In this document: piece by piece, positions 9,622 through 18,646 of the stretch | Position numbering within the stretch: the first letter of the stretch is position 1 | Layout: each line of letters opens with the position of its first letter | DNA from: a virus | Lineage: Duplodnaviria; Caudoviricetes | Virus record (IMG/VR): IMGVR_UViG_3300031170_000001 | Coordinates: 5,977 to 69,976 of that record | Length of the DNA: 64,000 nt | Reading direction: 5' to 3' (one strand) | Notes under the pieces: generated by a model | Database searches by the model: none | What the model was told of the DNA's origin: nothing | The model's input: the letters and a program-made list of their open reading frames with translations, nothing else | Position numbers and translations under genes: made by a program

Positions 9622-12302
9622 TTATAGGCCCCCATGAGGCTCTGAGCCTCGGCAATGGCGTCATACGGATCGCCCACCTGACCGCCTTCGGCCCGGTTCT
9701 TCATCATGTCGATCAGGTCGGAGTGCGTGGTCGGGATGCCGCTGGTCGAATCCCAGATCGTGTGATGGGCAAGGTGCTGGTAGAACGGGTCGTACTGCGG
9801 CGGTGCGGCAAAGCTCAACGCGCGCTGGCGGTCGGCAAGGCGCTGCACCGCTTCCTCACCGCCGCCGACACGGCGCATGGCGTTCTCGGCCAGCTTCGGA
9901 TCGATGGCGTGCATGTTAATCTGCCGGGCGTCCAGCGTGGGCCGTCCGCCGTAGCCAATCAGCGAGCCGAAAAAGCCCTTCTTGGCGGCATCGATGCCCT
10001 CGTAGGCATCGGTAACGTCGGCCCATTCGGACGGATGACTCATACCCCTGCGGGCGCGGTCCACTTGCTCGGCAATCTTGGCCTCGGTGCCGGGAACGAT
10101 CTTGGGGGCCGCCGTCATCTGACGACCAAGAAGATTCTGGAAGCCGAAGGGGGTCATGTTCTGCACGGCATCGGCAATCGCCTCGGGATGGGCCTCGCCC
10201 TCCGAAGCGTATTGCAGATACTTCTGGCCCTGCTTGCCGCCCAACCAATCGGCATAGGCCCCTTCGGGCCGGATCATCCGGTCGGGTGACGACAACCTGA
10301 TGCCGGGCAACGCCTCGCGGCCAATCGCCTGCCGCTGCATGCTCGACAAGGTAGTGAGGTAAGCCTTGAGCGCGTCGCGGGTGTCCAAGCCTTCCAGCGA
10401 CACCTTCTTGGAGAAATCGCGCATGAAGTCGCCGTAGTTCAGGACATGCTCGGGCATCTCACGCGGCAGCTTCTTGGCGATGCCACCCAGCGGGTGCCAC
10501 GGCCAATCCTCGATCTTGGTGGTCGCCGCATCCTTGTAGCGCCGCAGGGTGCGGGCGATTTCCGCTACCTTGCTGCCGGTCTGGTAGCCGGGGACGGAGC
10601 CGCCGCTTGCGTAGCCAAACGCCTTTAGCTCGGTGTCGGGAACCTCAACCACCTGACTGTGATACTGGCCGGGTGTCGCGCGCATCCAGATAGGCGGGTC
10701 CTGATTGACGCTCTTGGACCACGACGCGAAGGACGGCACCCCGGTCGTGTCGGCAATACGCTGGGCGTTGGTCGAAGCGATGTCGGGGGCATGAACCCGG
10801 TTCTTGTTGACCATCGCCCGCACGTCTGAGAACGGCAGGCCACCGAAGGTCTGTGTCTCGATGTAGGGGATGTCCGCCGCCCGGTTGAGCCTGCCTGCCG
10901 TGCGCGGCTCATTGGCTTCAAACGGCCTGCCACCGCCCCGGTTTACGTTATTGTAATCCGGGTCCAGCACTTTTTTCATCCACTGATCAAGATCGGCATT
11001 CTGTTTAGTGTCGTTCTCGAAAAACTTATAAGGCCCCCTCGTCCCGATGTTCTGATTCAAGGAATCATCGAGAAAGAACGTCGAACGCGCTTTGACCGAA
11101 GGATCAAGCACCGCGCCCCACTTGCCGTAGCTGGACGATCCGAGATTGCTCAAATCCGCGATGTGCCCGTAGATCGGGCGAAGGTGCATCGGGCTGTCTT
11201 CGGGGATGCCCCACAACGCATGTTCCGTCGCCCGACGATAGCGCGGCGACAGGGTGCCTTCGCTGGTCCCCGTCTCAAATTGGCTTTTGAACCGTCCGTC
11301 GTTGCGGATGCGCGCCCACACGTTGTCCGGCGCGGCGACGGTGATGGGGCGCTTGAAGATGTCGGCAATCGCCGTGGCGTAGTCCTGCATCGCCTGAAGG
11401 CCGCCGACAAGGGCACCGCCCTTGCCGCCGCCATGCTGGAAATGCTCAATCTGACCGCCCTCGGCCTTGAAGATCGGGTTGCCTATCTTATCGACGTACT
11501 TTTGAAATTCCGGCCAGAGATCGCCTATCGGCAGATCATGGCCCCGCACCAAGGTTCCCTTCGGGTCCATGAACAGGGGAGCCGCCTCGGCCAATTTGTT
11601 GGCCAGCAAGCCATGCGCCATGTTGCCGTAGGCTTCGGACTGTTGCTCGGGGCTCAATTTCTTCAGCCACGGCTTGGCAAAATCCTGAAAATCCACGCTA
11701 AAAGTCGTGGCCCCCATCGGCCACTTTCCGGTCGCCTGATCCTTGTAGAGATTCATCTTATACTTTGCGTCGGCGTCCTTGATTTTCCGCAGCGTCTCAT
11801 ATGTGTCGGCATACTTGCCGTATTCCAGCGGCGGCATCAGCGACACGAGATTGGGGTCCTTGGCCCCGGCGATCCACATATTCTCACGGGCATACTTGTC
11901 GGGGGCGACGTAGGTCCCCTGCTTCTTCAAATCCGTGACGTAATAATCCTTGGCCCAATTGGCGAGATCGCCCTGCGACGGCACGACCGTACTTCGCATC
12001 GGATGAGCATGGGCCGAATAGATCGGCTCGCCCTGCGCCGCCATCCGCTGGTTCCACTGCTGATGACCGGAGGGCCATTCAACGCTTCGCGGGCCACCCG
12101 TATTGCTCAGCGTGTTCGACAGATCGGCCGGGCCACCCGTGGGGCCGATGATCAGCTTCTCGTTGCCTGTATCGAGCATGTGCTGGCGCACGTTCCTGAC
12201 CGCCGCCTGCTCGGCAGGCGTGCCGTGGCCCAGCAGGCCCTTGATCCATTGAATCTTGTCAACCATGGCAATTGACGCCTGTTTGGAGGCAATTGCCCCC
12301 AA
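9618..12302 (-). CDS. Polyvalent protein: JAB/JAMM-like + DUF3626-like + HhH glycosylase-like modules
   Basis: 894 aa (start may be ATG 12266); E48..HAHP-x7-SQGD; FKSQFETGTS..RPIYG..YG..RSTF..DS..YIETQ; GIDAAKKGFF..PTLDARQ; modules joined by AxGG linkers. Confidence 0.7.
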   Translation of the reverse strand: MGAIASKQASIAMVDKIQWIKGLLGHGTPAEQAAVRNVRQHMLDTGNEKLIIGPTGGPADLSNTLSNTGGPRSVEWPSGHQQWNQRMAAQGEPIYSAHAHPMRSTVVPSQGDLANWAKDYYVTDLKKQGTYVAPDKYARENMWIAGAKDPNLVSLMPPLEYGKYADTYETLRKIKDADAKYKMNLYKDQATGKWPMGATTFSVDFQDFAKPWLKKLSPEQQSEAYGNMAHGLLANKLAEAAPLFMDPKGTLVRGHDLPIGDLWPEFQKYVDKIGNPIFKAEGGQIEHFQHGGGKGGALVGGLQAMQDYATAIADIFKRPITVAAPDNVWARIRNDGRFKSQFETGTSEGTLSPRYRRATEHALWGIPEDSPMHLRPIYGHIADLSNLGSSSYGKWGAVLDPSVKARSTFFLDDSLNQNIGTRGPYKFFENDTKQNADLDQWMKKVLDPDYNNVNRGGGRPFEANEPRTAGRLNRAADIPYIETQTFGGLPFSDVRAMVNKNRVHAPDIASTNAQRIADTTGVPSFASWSKSVNQDPPIWMRATPGQYHSQVVEVPDTELKAFGYASGGSVPGYQTGSKVAEIARTLRRYKDAATTKIEDWPWHPLGGIAKKLPREMPEHVLNYGDFMRDFSKKVSLEGLDTRDALKAYLTTLSSMQRQAIGREALPGIRLSSPDRMIRPEGAYADWLGGKQGQKYLQYASEGEAHPEAIADAVQNMTPFGFQNLLGRQMTAAPKIVPGTEAKIAEQVDRARRGMSHPSEWADVTDAYEGIDAAKKGFFGSLIGYGGRPTLDARQINMHAIDPKLAENAMRRVGGGEEAVQRLADRQRALSFAAPPQYDPFYQHLAHHTIWDSTSGIPTTHSDLIDMMKNRAEGGQVGDPYDAIAEAQSLMGAYK

Positions 12303-12304
12303 TC

Positions 12305-12535
12305 CTAGCCGGGATCAGGCTCTTTAGCCACCAAATCGGGGGGCGGGTCGCTAATCAACGCCTCGGCCATCTCCGCCAACTGGCCGTCGATCTTTGCGTC
12401 GTTCTCGGCCCCGATGCTCTCGACCAAGCTCTGTGGCGTGGCCGCCAGCGCCCGGTGCTTGTGTTCGTAGTGCCGAAGCCTGCGGGCGCACTGCACCAGA
12501 CAAGTCTTGATCCGCAGTTGGTCTTCCTCAGTCAT
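12305..12535 (-). CDS. Hypothetical protein
   Basis: 76 aa ORF overlapping the terminase end. Confidence 0.6.
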   Translation of the reverse strand: MTEEDQLRIKTCLVQCARRLRHYEHKHRALAATPQSLVESIGAENDAKIDGQLAEMAEALISDPPPDLVAKEPDPG

Positions 12536-14096
12536 AGGGTGCCCTTACGGTCTTGGGTTTCTCGCGGCCCGTCTCCACGTCGTACTGGTACTCAAACTCA
12601 GGGGTGTTCGCAGGCGGCGGCGGCGGGGTGAAAGTGCCGTCGTCATTGACCTTTCCCAGCTTGTGGAAGACGCCATCGGCCACGAACCTATCGGCAAACA
12701 CCCGCCACGCCTGAGAGCATGAATCGACCCAATCATCGTGCGGGGTGGTGCCGGGGCCAGAATACACACAAAGCTGCTTCAGCACAGGCTCAACCCAGTC
12801 CTTCGGCTTGCCGGGGCGCTTGTCGCTCTCGGGCAGCCAGATGCGGCCGTGCCGGGCGATGTGGCTGACCGCGTGGAGCCTGCTGATCTTGTCGGCCCGG
12901 CCGGGATTGTAGGGGTAGGAATCGATGCCGTGCTGGCTCAAAACCTGTCGCAGGGAGATGCCTGAGCCCTTGTCCTCGATGATCAGCAGGTCGGGGTGCT
13001 TGGTCTGCTCCTGAAAATACTTCTGCCCGGCCAAGGTTTCCTGAAGCATCTCCTGCCTGCGACCGTAGAGCGCCTTCATCTCGCCCTTGGCCTTGTCGAG
13101 CAAGTCGGGGAAGCCCAGCCATTCCTCCCAGCATTCCAAGAGGTAGAGATGCCATTGGCGCTTGTGCTGAAACGCCCCCCACACCGTGCAGGCCGTGGGA
13201 TCGGATGAGAAGGTCTTGCGGTCGTAGGTCTTTTCGGTGAAGGCGGTGTCCATCGACACCATGATGTATTCCAGCCAAGGCAGCGGCTCGGACTTGGGCC
13301 AGATTTTCAGCCAGCTACGCTTGATGATGGCGCTTTCGCTGATATCCAGAAGCTCGCCGTGAAGCTCCTGACGGCCGATGTTGGTGCCTTCGTACTGGCG
13401 CAAGTCTTCAAAGAAATTTTCCGCGAGATTCGCCCGATTCTCATAAGTTGAGCCACGGATGAGCCTTGTCTCGGGCGTGCCGTCGCGCTTTTTCTTGTCG
13501 ATCATGTCGGCAAGGAACTGCAACGGCTTGGGCGTGGTGGTGTAGAATTTCTGCGGCTGGACGAGGCTGCCATCGGGCAGGCGGTAGGCAATACGAGTGC
13601 TGAAGTTGATGTTGTAGAGGGCTTCCTCGGCCTTGTACCAAGCGGCAAGCTCGTCGCCCCACACGAACGTACACTGCGGGCCGCGCAATCGGTCGGGGGT
13701 TTCGGACGAGAACCCCCGGATGATTGAGCCGTTCCACAGCGTCATTTCCGGATAAGGGGAATAAGTCAGGCTTTGGATGCAGTCGGCCGGGATGACCGCG
13801 CGCAAACCCGCCGGGCCTTCAAACACCGTGCCTCTCAGATCGGAGTAGGTCGGGGCGACGACGTGAATCACCACGCCGGGATACAGTCCGGCCTGCCGTC
13901 GCACCCAGCTTGCGCCCGTCTTGGTCTTGCCCCAGCCACGACCGGCCATCGCCAGACTGTTAAGCCAGCCTTCCAAGGGAAGTATCTGCTTGGGCCGCCC
14001 GCCGATGTTGGGCTCGCCGGAATGCCACTGCCGCTCGGCCTCCAAGAACGCCATGTCGGCGTGGGAAGCAGAGTCGAGCGTGGCCAGTTCAGGCAT
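12528..14096 (-). CDS. terL: Terminase large subunit
   Basis: Walker A AGRGWGKT, LRGPQ..WGDELAAW, TTTPKP, GSTYEN, nuclease motifs SMDTA and HDDWVDS. Confidence 0.95.
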   Translation of the reverse strand: MPELATLDSASHADMAFLEAERQWHSGEPNIGGRPKQILPLEGWLNSLAMAGRGWGKTKTGASWVRRQAGLYPGVVIHVVAPTYSDLRGTVFEGPAGLRAVIPADCIQSLTYSPYPEMTLWNGSIIRGFSSETPDRLRGPQCTFVWGDELAAWYKAEEALYNINFSTRIAYRLPDGSLVQPQKFYTTTPKPLQFLADMIDKKKRDGTPETRLIRGSTYENRANLAENFFEDLRQYEGTNIGRQELHGELLDISESAIIKRSWLKIWPKSEPLPWLEYIMVSMDTAFTEKTYDRKTFSSDPTACTVWGAFQHKRQWHLYLLECWEEWLGFPDLLDKAKGEMKALYGRRQEMLQETLAGQKYFQEQTKHPDLLIIEDKGSGISLRQVLSQHGIDSYPYNPGRADKISRLHAVSHIARHGRIWLPESDKRPGKPKDWVEPVLKQLCVYSGPGTTPHDDWVDSCSQAWRVFADRFVADGVFHKLGKVNDDGTFTPPPPPANTPEFEYQYDVETGREKPKTVRAPYD

Positions 14097-14219
14097 CTAC
14101 CACCACAGCGAATACAGCACGACAGCCAGTGCCATCGTCCCGAACGCCGCCAAGACAAGCAGCTTGATAGCCGCCCGAAACTCGGAATCGTTGCGCCGCA
14201 GATGGCTCATCGGCGGCAT
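14097..14219 (-). CDS. Small single-TM protein (40 aa)
   Basis: Hand-translated MPPMSHLRRNDSEFRAAIKLLVLAAFGTMALAVVLYSLW; abuts both neighbours. Confidence 0.5.
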   Translation of the reverse strand: MPPMSHLRRNDSEFRAAIKLLVLAAFGTMALAVVLYSLWW

Positions 14220-14504
14220 CTAGCTGGTAATGCCCTTGACCGCCCACATCACGGCTTCCTCGATCTTGGTCTTGGCGATGCTCATCTCGCGGCTGGGACC
14301 CAGCGCATCACACAGTTCGTGGAACGCCAGCCCGATATCCTTGATCGACTTCATATCCGCCATGTCCTTGGGCGTCATTTCCTTGTACTTGTGGCGCATG
14401 ACGTTTTCGCTGGTCGGTGAATTGGCTTCGCTGGTCACGGGAATCCTCGTCAGTTCAGTCGGCGTAGATACTGGCCAATCGTCTTCTCTGTCACTTTCCG
14501 CCAT
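14220..14504 (-). CDS. Acb2/Tad1-like helical hairpin protein (candidate immune-signal sponge)
   Basis: RHKYKEMT..DMADMKSIKDIG...SREMSIAKTKIEEAVMWAVKGIT; start ATG 14504 or GTG 14438. Confidence 0.65.
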   Translation of the reverse strand: MAESDREDDWPVSTPTELTRIPVTSEANSPTSENVMRHKYKEMTPKDMADMKSIKDIGLAFHELCDALGPSREMSIAKTKIEEAVMWAVKGITS

Positions 14505-15315
14505 CTTCCCGTGCCTCCTTCGCTTCCCGCCGCAGTCGCCGCTTGGTCCCGGTGCTGCCGAAGACAGGCGTGCCGAACAGAGTCGGCATCTTGTCGCCTT
14601 GGACCGGGGTGAACAGGTCGTACTTCGACAGTGCCTCGGTGATGCGCTGCCGGGCGGTGGCAAAGTAATCCGGGTTGCGCTCAATGCCAATGAACTTGCG
14701 GCCCAACTCCAAGGCAGCGACGCCGGTAGAGCCTGACCCCATGAAGGGGTCCAAGATCACGTCGCCGGGGTTGGTGAACAGCCTGACCAATTCCTTCATC
14801 AGCGAAATCGGCTTCTCGGTGGGATGGATGACCTTGTGGGGCCGGGCATGGATGAACACGCCAACCTTGCCGCCGCCGTTCCATTTCGGCCTGCCGGGGC
14901 CTGACCAATACGCCTGTATCATTTCATGGCCCTTGCCCGGCCCGTCGCCCTGAAGATTGGGCTTGGCGTTGGGCTTCAGCCAGATCATCGGCCGATAGAA
15001 CCTAGTGCCGTGGCCATACAAGGTGTCCATGTGGCTGCGCCACTGGGCGATGCCCTCGTCCTGACAGAAGATCAGGCTCCAGCCCTTGAGCCGTTCGCGC
15101 ACGAACGATCCGAGAAGATCCATGTCGAGATCGGTCAGGGCCATGAAAGGTATCGGCACGGCGTCAATCTCGCCATCGGCCTTCCTGCCAATGCGGTCCT
15201 TGTGATGCACGTCCGCGCCATAAGGCGGATCGGTGATCACCGCGTTCACGTCGCCCAGCCGGTCGTAAAGGTCTTGATTGTCGCCCTTTATCAGCCACGC
15301 GCGTTCGTTCATCAT
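14491..15315 (-). CDS. DNA N6-adenine/N4-cytosine methyltransferase (beta class)
   Basis: DPPY, HPTEKP, VILDPFMGSGSTG, FIGIE motifs; ATGA overlap at 15315. Confidence 0.92.
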   Translation of the reverse strand: MMNERAWLIKGDNQDLYDRLGDVNAVITDPPYGADVHHKDRIGRKADGEIDAVPIPFMALTDLDMDLLGSFVRERLKGWSLIFCQDEGIAQWRSHMDTLYGHGTRFYRPMIWLKPNAKPNLQGDGPGKGHEMIQAYWSGPGRPKWNGGGKVGVFIHARPHKVIHPTEKPISLMKELVRLFTNPGDVILDPFMGSGSTGVAALELGRKFIGIERNPDYFATARQRITEALSKYDLFTPVQGDKMPTLFGTPVFGSTGTKRRLRREAKEAREDGGK

Positions 15316-15533
15316 GCTCGTACTTTCTGACTTTTCAATTGCTTGAGGGGCGAGAACTTGTTGAGCTTGCCCCACTTCCTGAAGGGGCACTCGATGCGAT
15401 GGTCCAAGGCGTGATCACACGCCTGATCGCAGACTTCGCAGATGAAGCTGGTGCGTATGTGTGGCGGCGGTCCGGGGCTGGCCATCTCGCGATTGAAATC
15501 ATCAAGCCAGCAACGCCTGCAACTACATTCCAT
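15312..15533 (-). CDS. Small Cys-rich (zinc-binding) protein
   Basis: CSCRRC...CEVC..C.H...H..C pattern. Confidence 0.55.
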   Translation of the reverse strand: MECSCRRCWLDDFNREMASPGPPPHIRTSFICEVCDQACDHALDHRIECPFRKWGKLNKFSPLKQLKSQKVRA

Positions 15534-15550
15534 GCAGTTCACTCTAAAAT

Positions 15551-15590
15551 AAAAAAGCCGGTGTGGCCATAGGAGAAACCACACCGGCTA
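15551..15590 (-). terminator. Intrinsic terminator
   Basis: GCCGGTGTGG/CCACACCGGC 10-bp stem followed by a T6 tract on the minus strand. Confidence 0.7.
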
Positions 15591-15631
15591 CGGGCGACGT
15601 GAAGCCCCCTCGATTGGCAGTCGCGCCCGAA

Positions 15632-15820
15632 TCAGTCTTTCATTAAAGCCTTGATCATCAGGCTATCAAGCTCGCCACGGGTCCAGAACTCGACCCGCTT
15701 CAGGATGCCGCTTTCGTAATACTCCATGGCCTTGACCCAAGGACACAGGCCCTTGTGAAAAGGCTCGGCGCACCACTGGCATTTGGGCGTGAAGTCCTTA
15801 CTCAAAACAGCAAAGCCCAT
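15632..15820 (-). CDS. Small zinc-ribbon-like protein
   Basis: CQWC..FH...CPWVKAMEYYESGILKRVEF; probable start ATG 15820. Confidence 0.6.
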   Translation of the reverse strand: MGFAVLSKDFTPKCQWCAEPFHKGLCPWVKAMEYYESGILKRVEFWTRGELDSLMIKALMKD

Positions 15821-15890
15821 GGCCAAGCCCACGTATGGACCGGACCGAAAACGTAGACGAAACCCAAGGCAATCAGCACGCGGTTCCGCA

Positions 15891-16079
15891 TCAGCGCGGC
15901 ACCCGGACATGCCGCCAGATTTCGCGGCGCATGATCATGCCAATCAATCCCACGCTAACGCCAAAACGCTCGGCAACCTCGGTCTGCGAGCGCACGCCAC
16001 GCAGCTTCCTGATCTTGATGACCTTGGTGTCGGTCAACTTGCGATTGCCGTTGCTCATGCCCCTGTTCTTGCCACGCAT
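15891..16079 (-). CDS. HTH DNA-binding protein resembling the C-terminal domain of HNH homing endonucleases (possible remnant)
   Basis: GMSNGNRKLTDTKV..IR...SQTEVAERFGVS..LI..I.R..IWRHV; no intact HNH core upstream (in-frame TGA). Confidence 0.6.
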   Translation of the reverse strand: MRGKNRGMSNGNRKLTDTKVIKIRKLRGVRSQTEVAERFGVSVGLIGMIMRREIWRHVRVPR

Positions 16080-16181
16080 GTTGTATCAAGCCCCTTATTG
16101 TTACAGACACACCATATAGGCACGGTTCTTGGGGGGTTCAAGAACTATCTTGGCAATCGCGCGTTGATTACAGAGCCAGCG

Positions 16182-16340
16182 TCACAGCCCGTGTAAGTGC
16201 CCGGTGAGGAACAAAATCAACAGGATAATCAATACGAGGCCGACAATACCGCCCGCCCCTTGATTGCCCCAGCGGCCATAGCCGTAGTAGCCGCCACCGA
16301 ACAATATCAGAACCAACAAGATAATGAGTATGAGGGTCAT
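16182..16340 (-). CDS. Small two-TM membrane protein (DUF3309-like)
   Basis: MTLILIILLVLILFGGGYYGYGRWG...GGIVGLVLIILLILFLTG. Confidence 0.7.
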   Translation of the reverse strand: MTLILIILLVLILFGGGYYGYGRWGNQGAGGIVGLVLIILLILFLTGHLHGL

Positions 16341-16486
16341 CCGGGGGGATATACCTTCCAGCCGAGAATGGCGATCAGCACCAGCACGACGCCGACACCG
16401 GGAAACCAAGGCTGGACGCGGTAATAGTACCCGCCGCCAAGGGCGGCAAGAACCAAGATCACCCAAAACAGGATCATGAGCAGCAT
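16337..16486 (-). CDS. Small two-TM membrane protein
   Basis: Hand-translated MLLMILFWVILVLAALGGGYYYRVQPWFPGVGVVLVLIAILGWKVYPPG; GGAGG RBS; ATGA coupling. Confidence 0.65.
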   Translation of the reverse strand: MLLMILFWVILVLAALGGGYYYRVQPWFPGVGVVLVLIAILGWKVYPPG

Positions 16487-16661
16487 GTGAGCCTCCTAGG
16501 GGACAGGCTGGCCTTGGCGTGCGGCGAGCGCGCTGTACCGATTGCCGGGAGAATCAGGCAGCAATCCAAGCCGGATAACCGGCACCCGCCCTACGCCGCG
16601 ACCGGGTTGGCAGGAAGTCGCGGCGTAATCAGGACAACGTACATCCAATCAATACGTTGCG

Positions 16662-17105
16662 CTACGGCTTCGCCGGAGCCTCGCGGACCAGCGGATCGGT
16701 GACAGTCCATTCACTCGACGTGGCCGAAGCCTGCCCGCCCGCGTTGGTCGCGGTGACGCTGCACGTCACGGCATAACCCACCATTTCCGGCGTCACCGTG
16801 TAATTGGCCTGATTGGAGCCCACGACGTTGCCGCCGGTCTGCCACTGATAGGCATACGAGGTCGGCACGCCTTCCCAATTGCCCAAGGTACAGGTCAAAA
16901 GGGCACCGTCCTGATAAACCAGCGGAACATCGACATTAACAGGCGGCTCAACCACCGCCGGGGCGGGGTCCTGACTGACCAAGGTCGCACCCACTTGGGG
17001 ATCGACACCGGCCGTGGGATCGCCGGAATAAACCGTAGCGATGGGCTTGGGGGCAGGCTCAGCCGGTGTCTGGCTCTGGGCCTGTGTCGGATAGGGCTCG
17101 GTCAT
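16662..17105 (-). CDS. Ig-like domain protein with Pro-rich N-terminus
   Basis: PPVNVDVP...LTCTLGNWEGVPTSYAYQW...YTVT...VTCSVTATNAGG Ig-fold pattern. Confidence 0.75.
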   Translation of the reverse strand: MTEPYPTQAQSQTPAEPAPKPIATVYSGDPTAGVDPQVGATLVSQDPAPAVVEPPVNVDVPLVYQDGALLTCTLGNWEGVPTSYAYQWQTGGNVVGSNQANYTVTPEMVGYAVTCSVTATNAGGQASATSSEWTVTDPLVREAPAKP

Positions 17106-17226
17106 TGGATATCTCCCTTGCTGCGATTAGCTCCTACACTCACCGTCTTGCAACGCGCACACTGATAAAGATTGCCGTAGATGTAAATCCAGTGGCACGG
17201 CACGAAATGGCACAGCCAGCCCCACA

Positions 17227-17469
17227 TCATGCGTGCCGCGACGTGACCGCCGACTTCATCGCCCACTGCGCCCGCTCGTCGGCCACGCCGCGCAAATACT
17301 CGACCCGCAGGGCGGCCATCAGATCATCCTTGCAGTCGTGCCAGACACAGGTCGGGTCCGTCATGTTGCGTAGCTTGTAATCATCGTGGCAGGCACACGC
17401 GCCCAAGACATTCTGCGCCGCCGAGTGCCAGCGCAGGGCGCGCTCAGCCTCCCTCTTGTCCACGGTCAC
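17227..17469 (-). CDS. Hypothetical protein
   Basis: 80 aa; coupled ORF. Confidence 0.55.
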   Translation of the reverse strand: MTVDKREAERALRWHSAAQNVLGACACHDDYKLRNMTDPTCVWHDCKDDLMAALRVEYLRGVADERAQWAMKSAVTSRHA

Positions 17470-17696
17470 AGCTTATATCCCTCGACTATCCTATTCATCA
17501 GCACGTCCTTCATCACGCTGACGACGACGCGCAGGCGCTCAATCTCGTCAATCGCTCTATACAGATTCTTCGACTGGTCGTCATGCAGGTTGCCAGACGC
17601 CCAATTGTCCGTCTTGAAAAACTCGTCCCGCGCCGTGGCATGGCGGTCGCGCTCGGACTTGAGCCAATCAAGGACATCATCCGACATCCTTGCCAC
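17466..17696 (-). CDS. Hypothetical protein (DEIERLR type)
   Basis: 76 aa; coupled ORF. Confidence 0.55.
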   Translation of the reverse strand: MARMSDDVLDWLKSERDRHATARDEFFKTDNWASGNLHDDQSKNLYRAIDEIERLRVVVSVMKDVLMNRIVEGYKL

Positions 17697-18072
17697 CCTT
17701 TTTCCGAATCTTCGGCACCGCCGTAATTCCGCTCACTATGGCCTCAATGAACGCCTCGCCGCGCGGGGTGCAAACATACGCCCGCTGGGCGCGCGGGTTG
17801 ATGCTGGGACCGGGGCGGTAGCCGCGCTGCTCGATGTAGCCCTTCCTTCTGAGAGGGGCAATACGGGGCACGGTGCTGATCGTGGTCATGCCGCACAGGA
17901 GCGACAATTCCCAGCCATTCTGCGGCAAGCCCTTCTGAAAATACAAAGCTCGCAGGACGACATACTCCAAATACGTCGCACTGATGCTCCGCGCGGCAGC
18001 ACGGCTGGTGTCGGGGTCGACCCTTCGGAAACCACCCGAATCCTCGTCGTCAAAATCGTCTTCATCCGGCAT
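17677..18072 (-). CDS. Putative winged-helix DNA-binding protein
   Basis: RRVDPDTSRAAA...NGWELS...STVPRIAPLRRKGYIE...RAYVCT wHTH-like pattern. Confidence 0.6.
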   Translation of the reverse strand: MPDEDDFDDEDSGGFRRVDPDTSRAAARSISATYLEYVVLRALYFQKGLPQNGWELSLLCGMTTISTVPRIAPLRRKGYIEQRGYRPGPSINPRAQRAYVCTPRGEAFIEAIVSGITAVPKIRKKGGKDVG

Positions 18073-18454
18073 TGGCCTTCATCCTCTCCTGATGGCGCAC
18101 ATCGATAATAAAATCGTCCGGCCGGTGCGTCAGGTTCCATTCAATGGCCACAACCGGCACGTTGCTCAGCATCCTGACTGCCCTCTCCAGCGCCCACGCC
18201 AGCCCGCGTGCCTCGTAGGCCCATGCCGTGCGCCACGGATGGGGATAGCCAAAGCGCCAGTTGGTCGCCAAGCCCTGTGCGGTAGCCGCCGCGTCGATCA
18301 GGTTACGCAACGTTGTCTCGGGAACCGCCTGCTTGCAAAAATCCTCGACCGGAATGCCTATCGTCGCGCTGAAAACCAACTTGCAATCGACCTTGTTGCT
18401 GTACTGACCCATCCACGAATAGGTCACTTCATGCTTCTTCATCTCTATCGTCAT
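18062..18454 (-). CDS. Hypothetical protein
   Basis: 130 aa; first gene after the promoter at about 18646. Confidence 0.6.
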   Translation of the reverse strand: MTIEMKKHEVTYSWMGQYSNKVDCKLVFSATIGIPVEDFCKQAVPETTLRNLIDAAATAQGLATNWRFGYPHPWRTAWAYEARGLAWALERAVRMLSNVPVVAIEWNLTHRPDDFIIDVRHQERMKANAG

Positions 18455-18619
18455 GGATGCACCCTTGGCGTCAAAATGTATTAAGCGGCCCCGCTTTGAC
18501 CATGCCGCCCGGCATAGACCGTGCAGGGGACCCGGCGGTTAGGCAGGCGGTGCTTTACGATGGCCGTCCAGTCGGCCCGTGGAGATAAGAAATGGCCGCC
18601 CCCATGTGCGATACGGGAG

Positions 18620-18646
18620 TTTCCGCTATTTTGTCGGAATCGTCAA
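18620..18646 (-). promoter_or_regulatory. Putative promoter with CCGACAAAATAG operator in the spacer
   Basis: Minus strand TTGACG-ATT-CCGACAAAATAG; -10 element poor. Confidence 0.45.
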
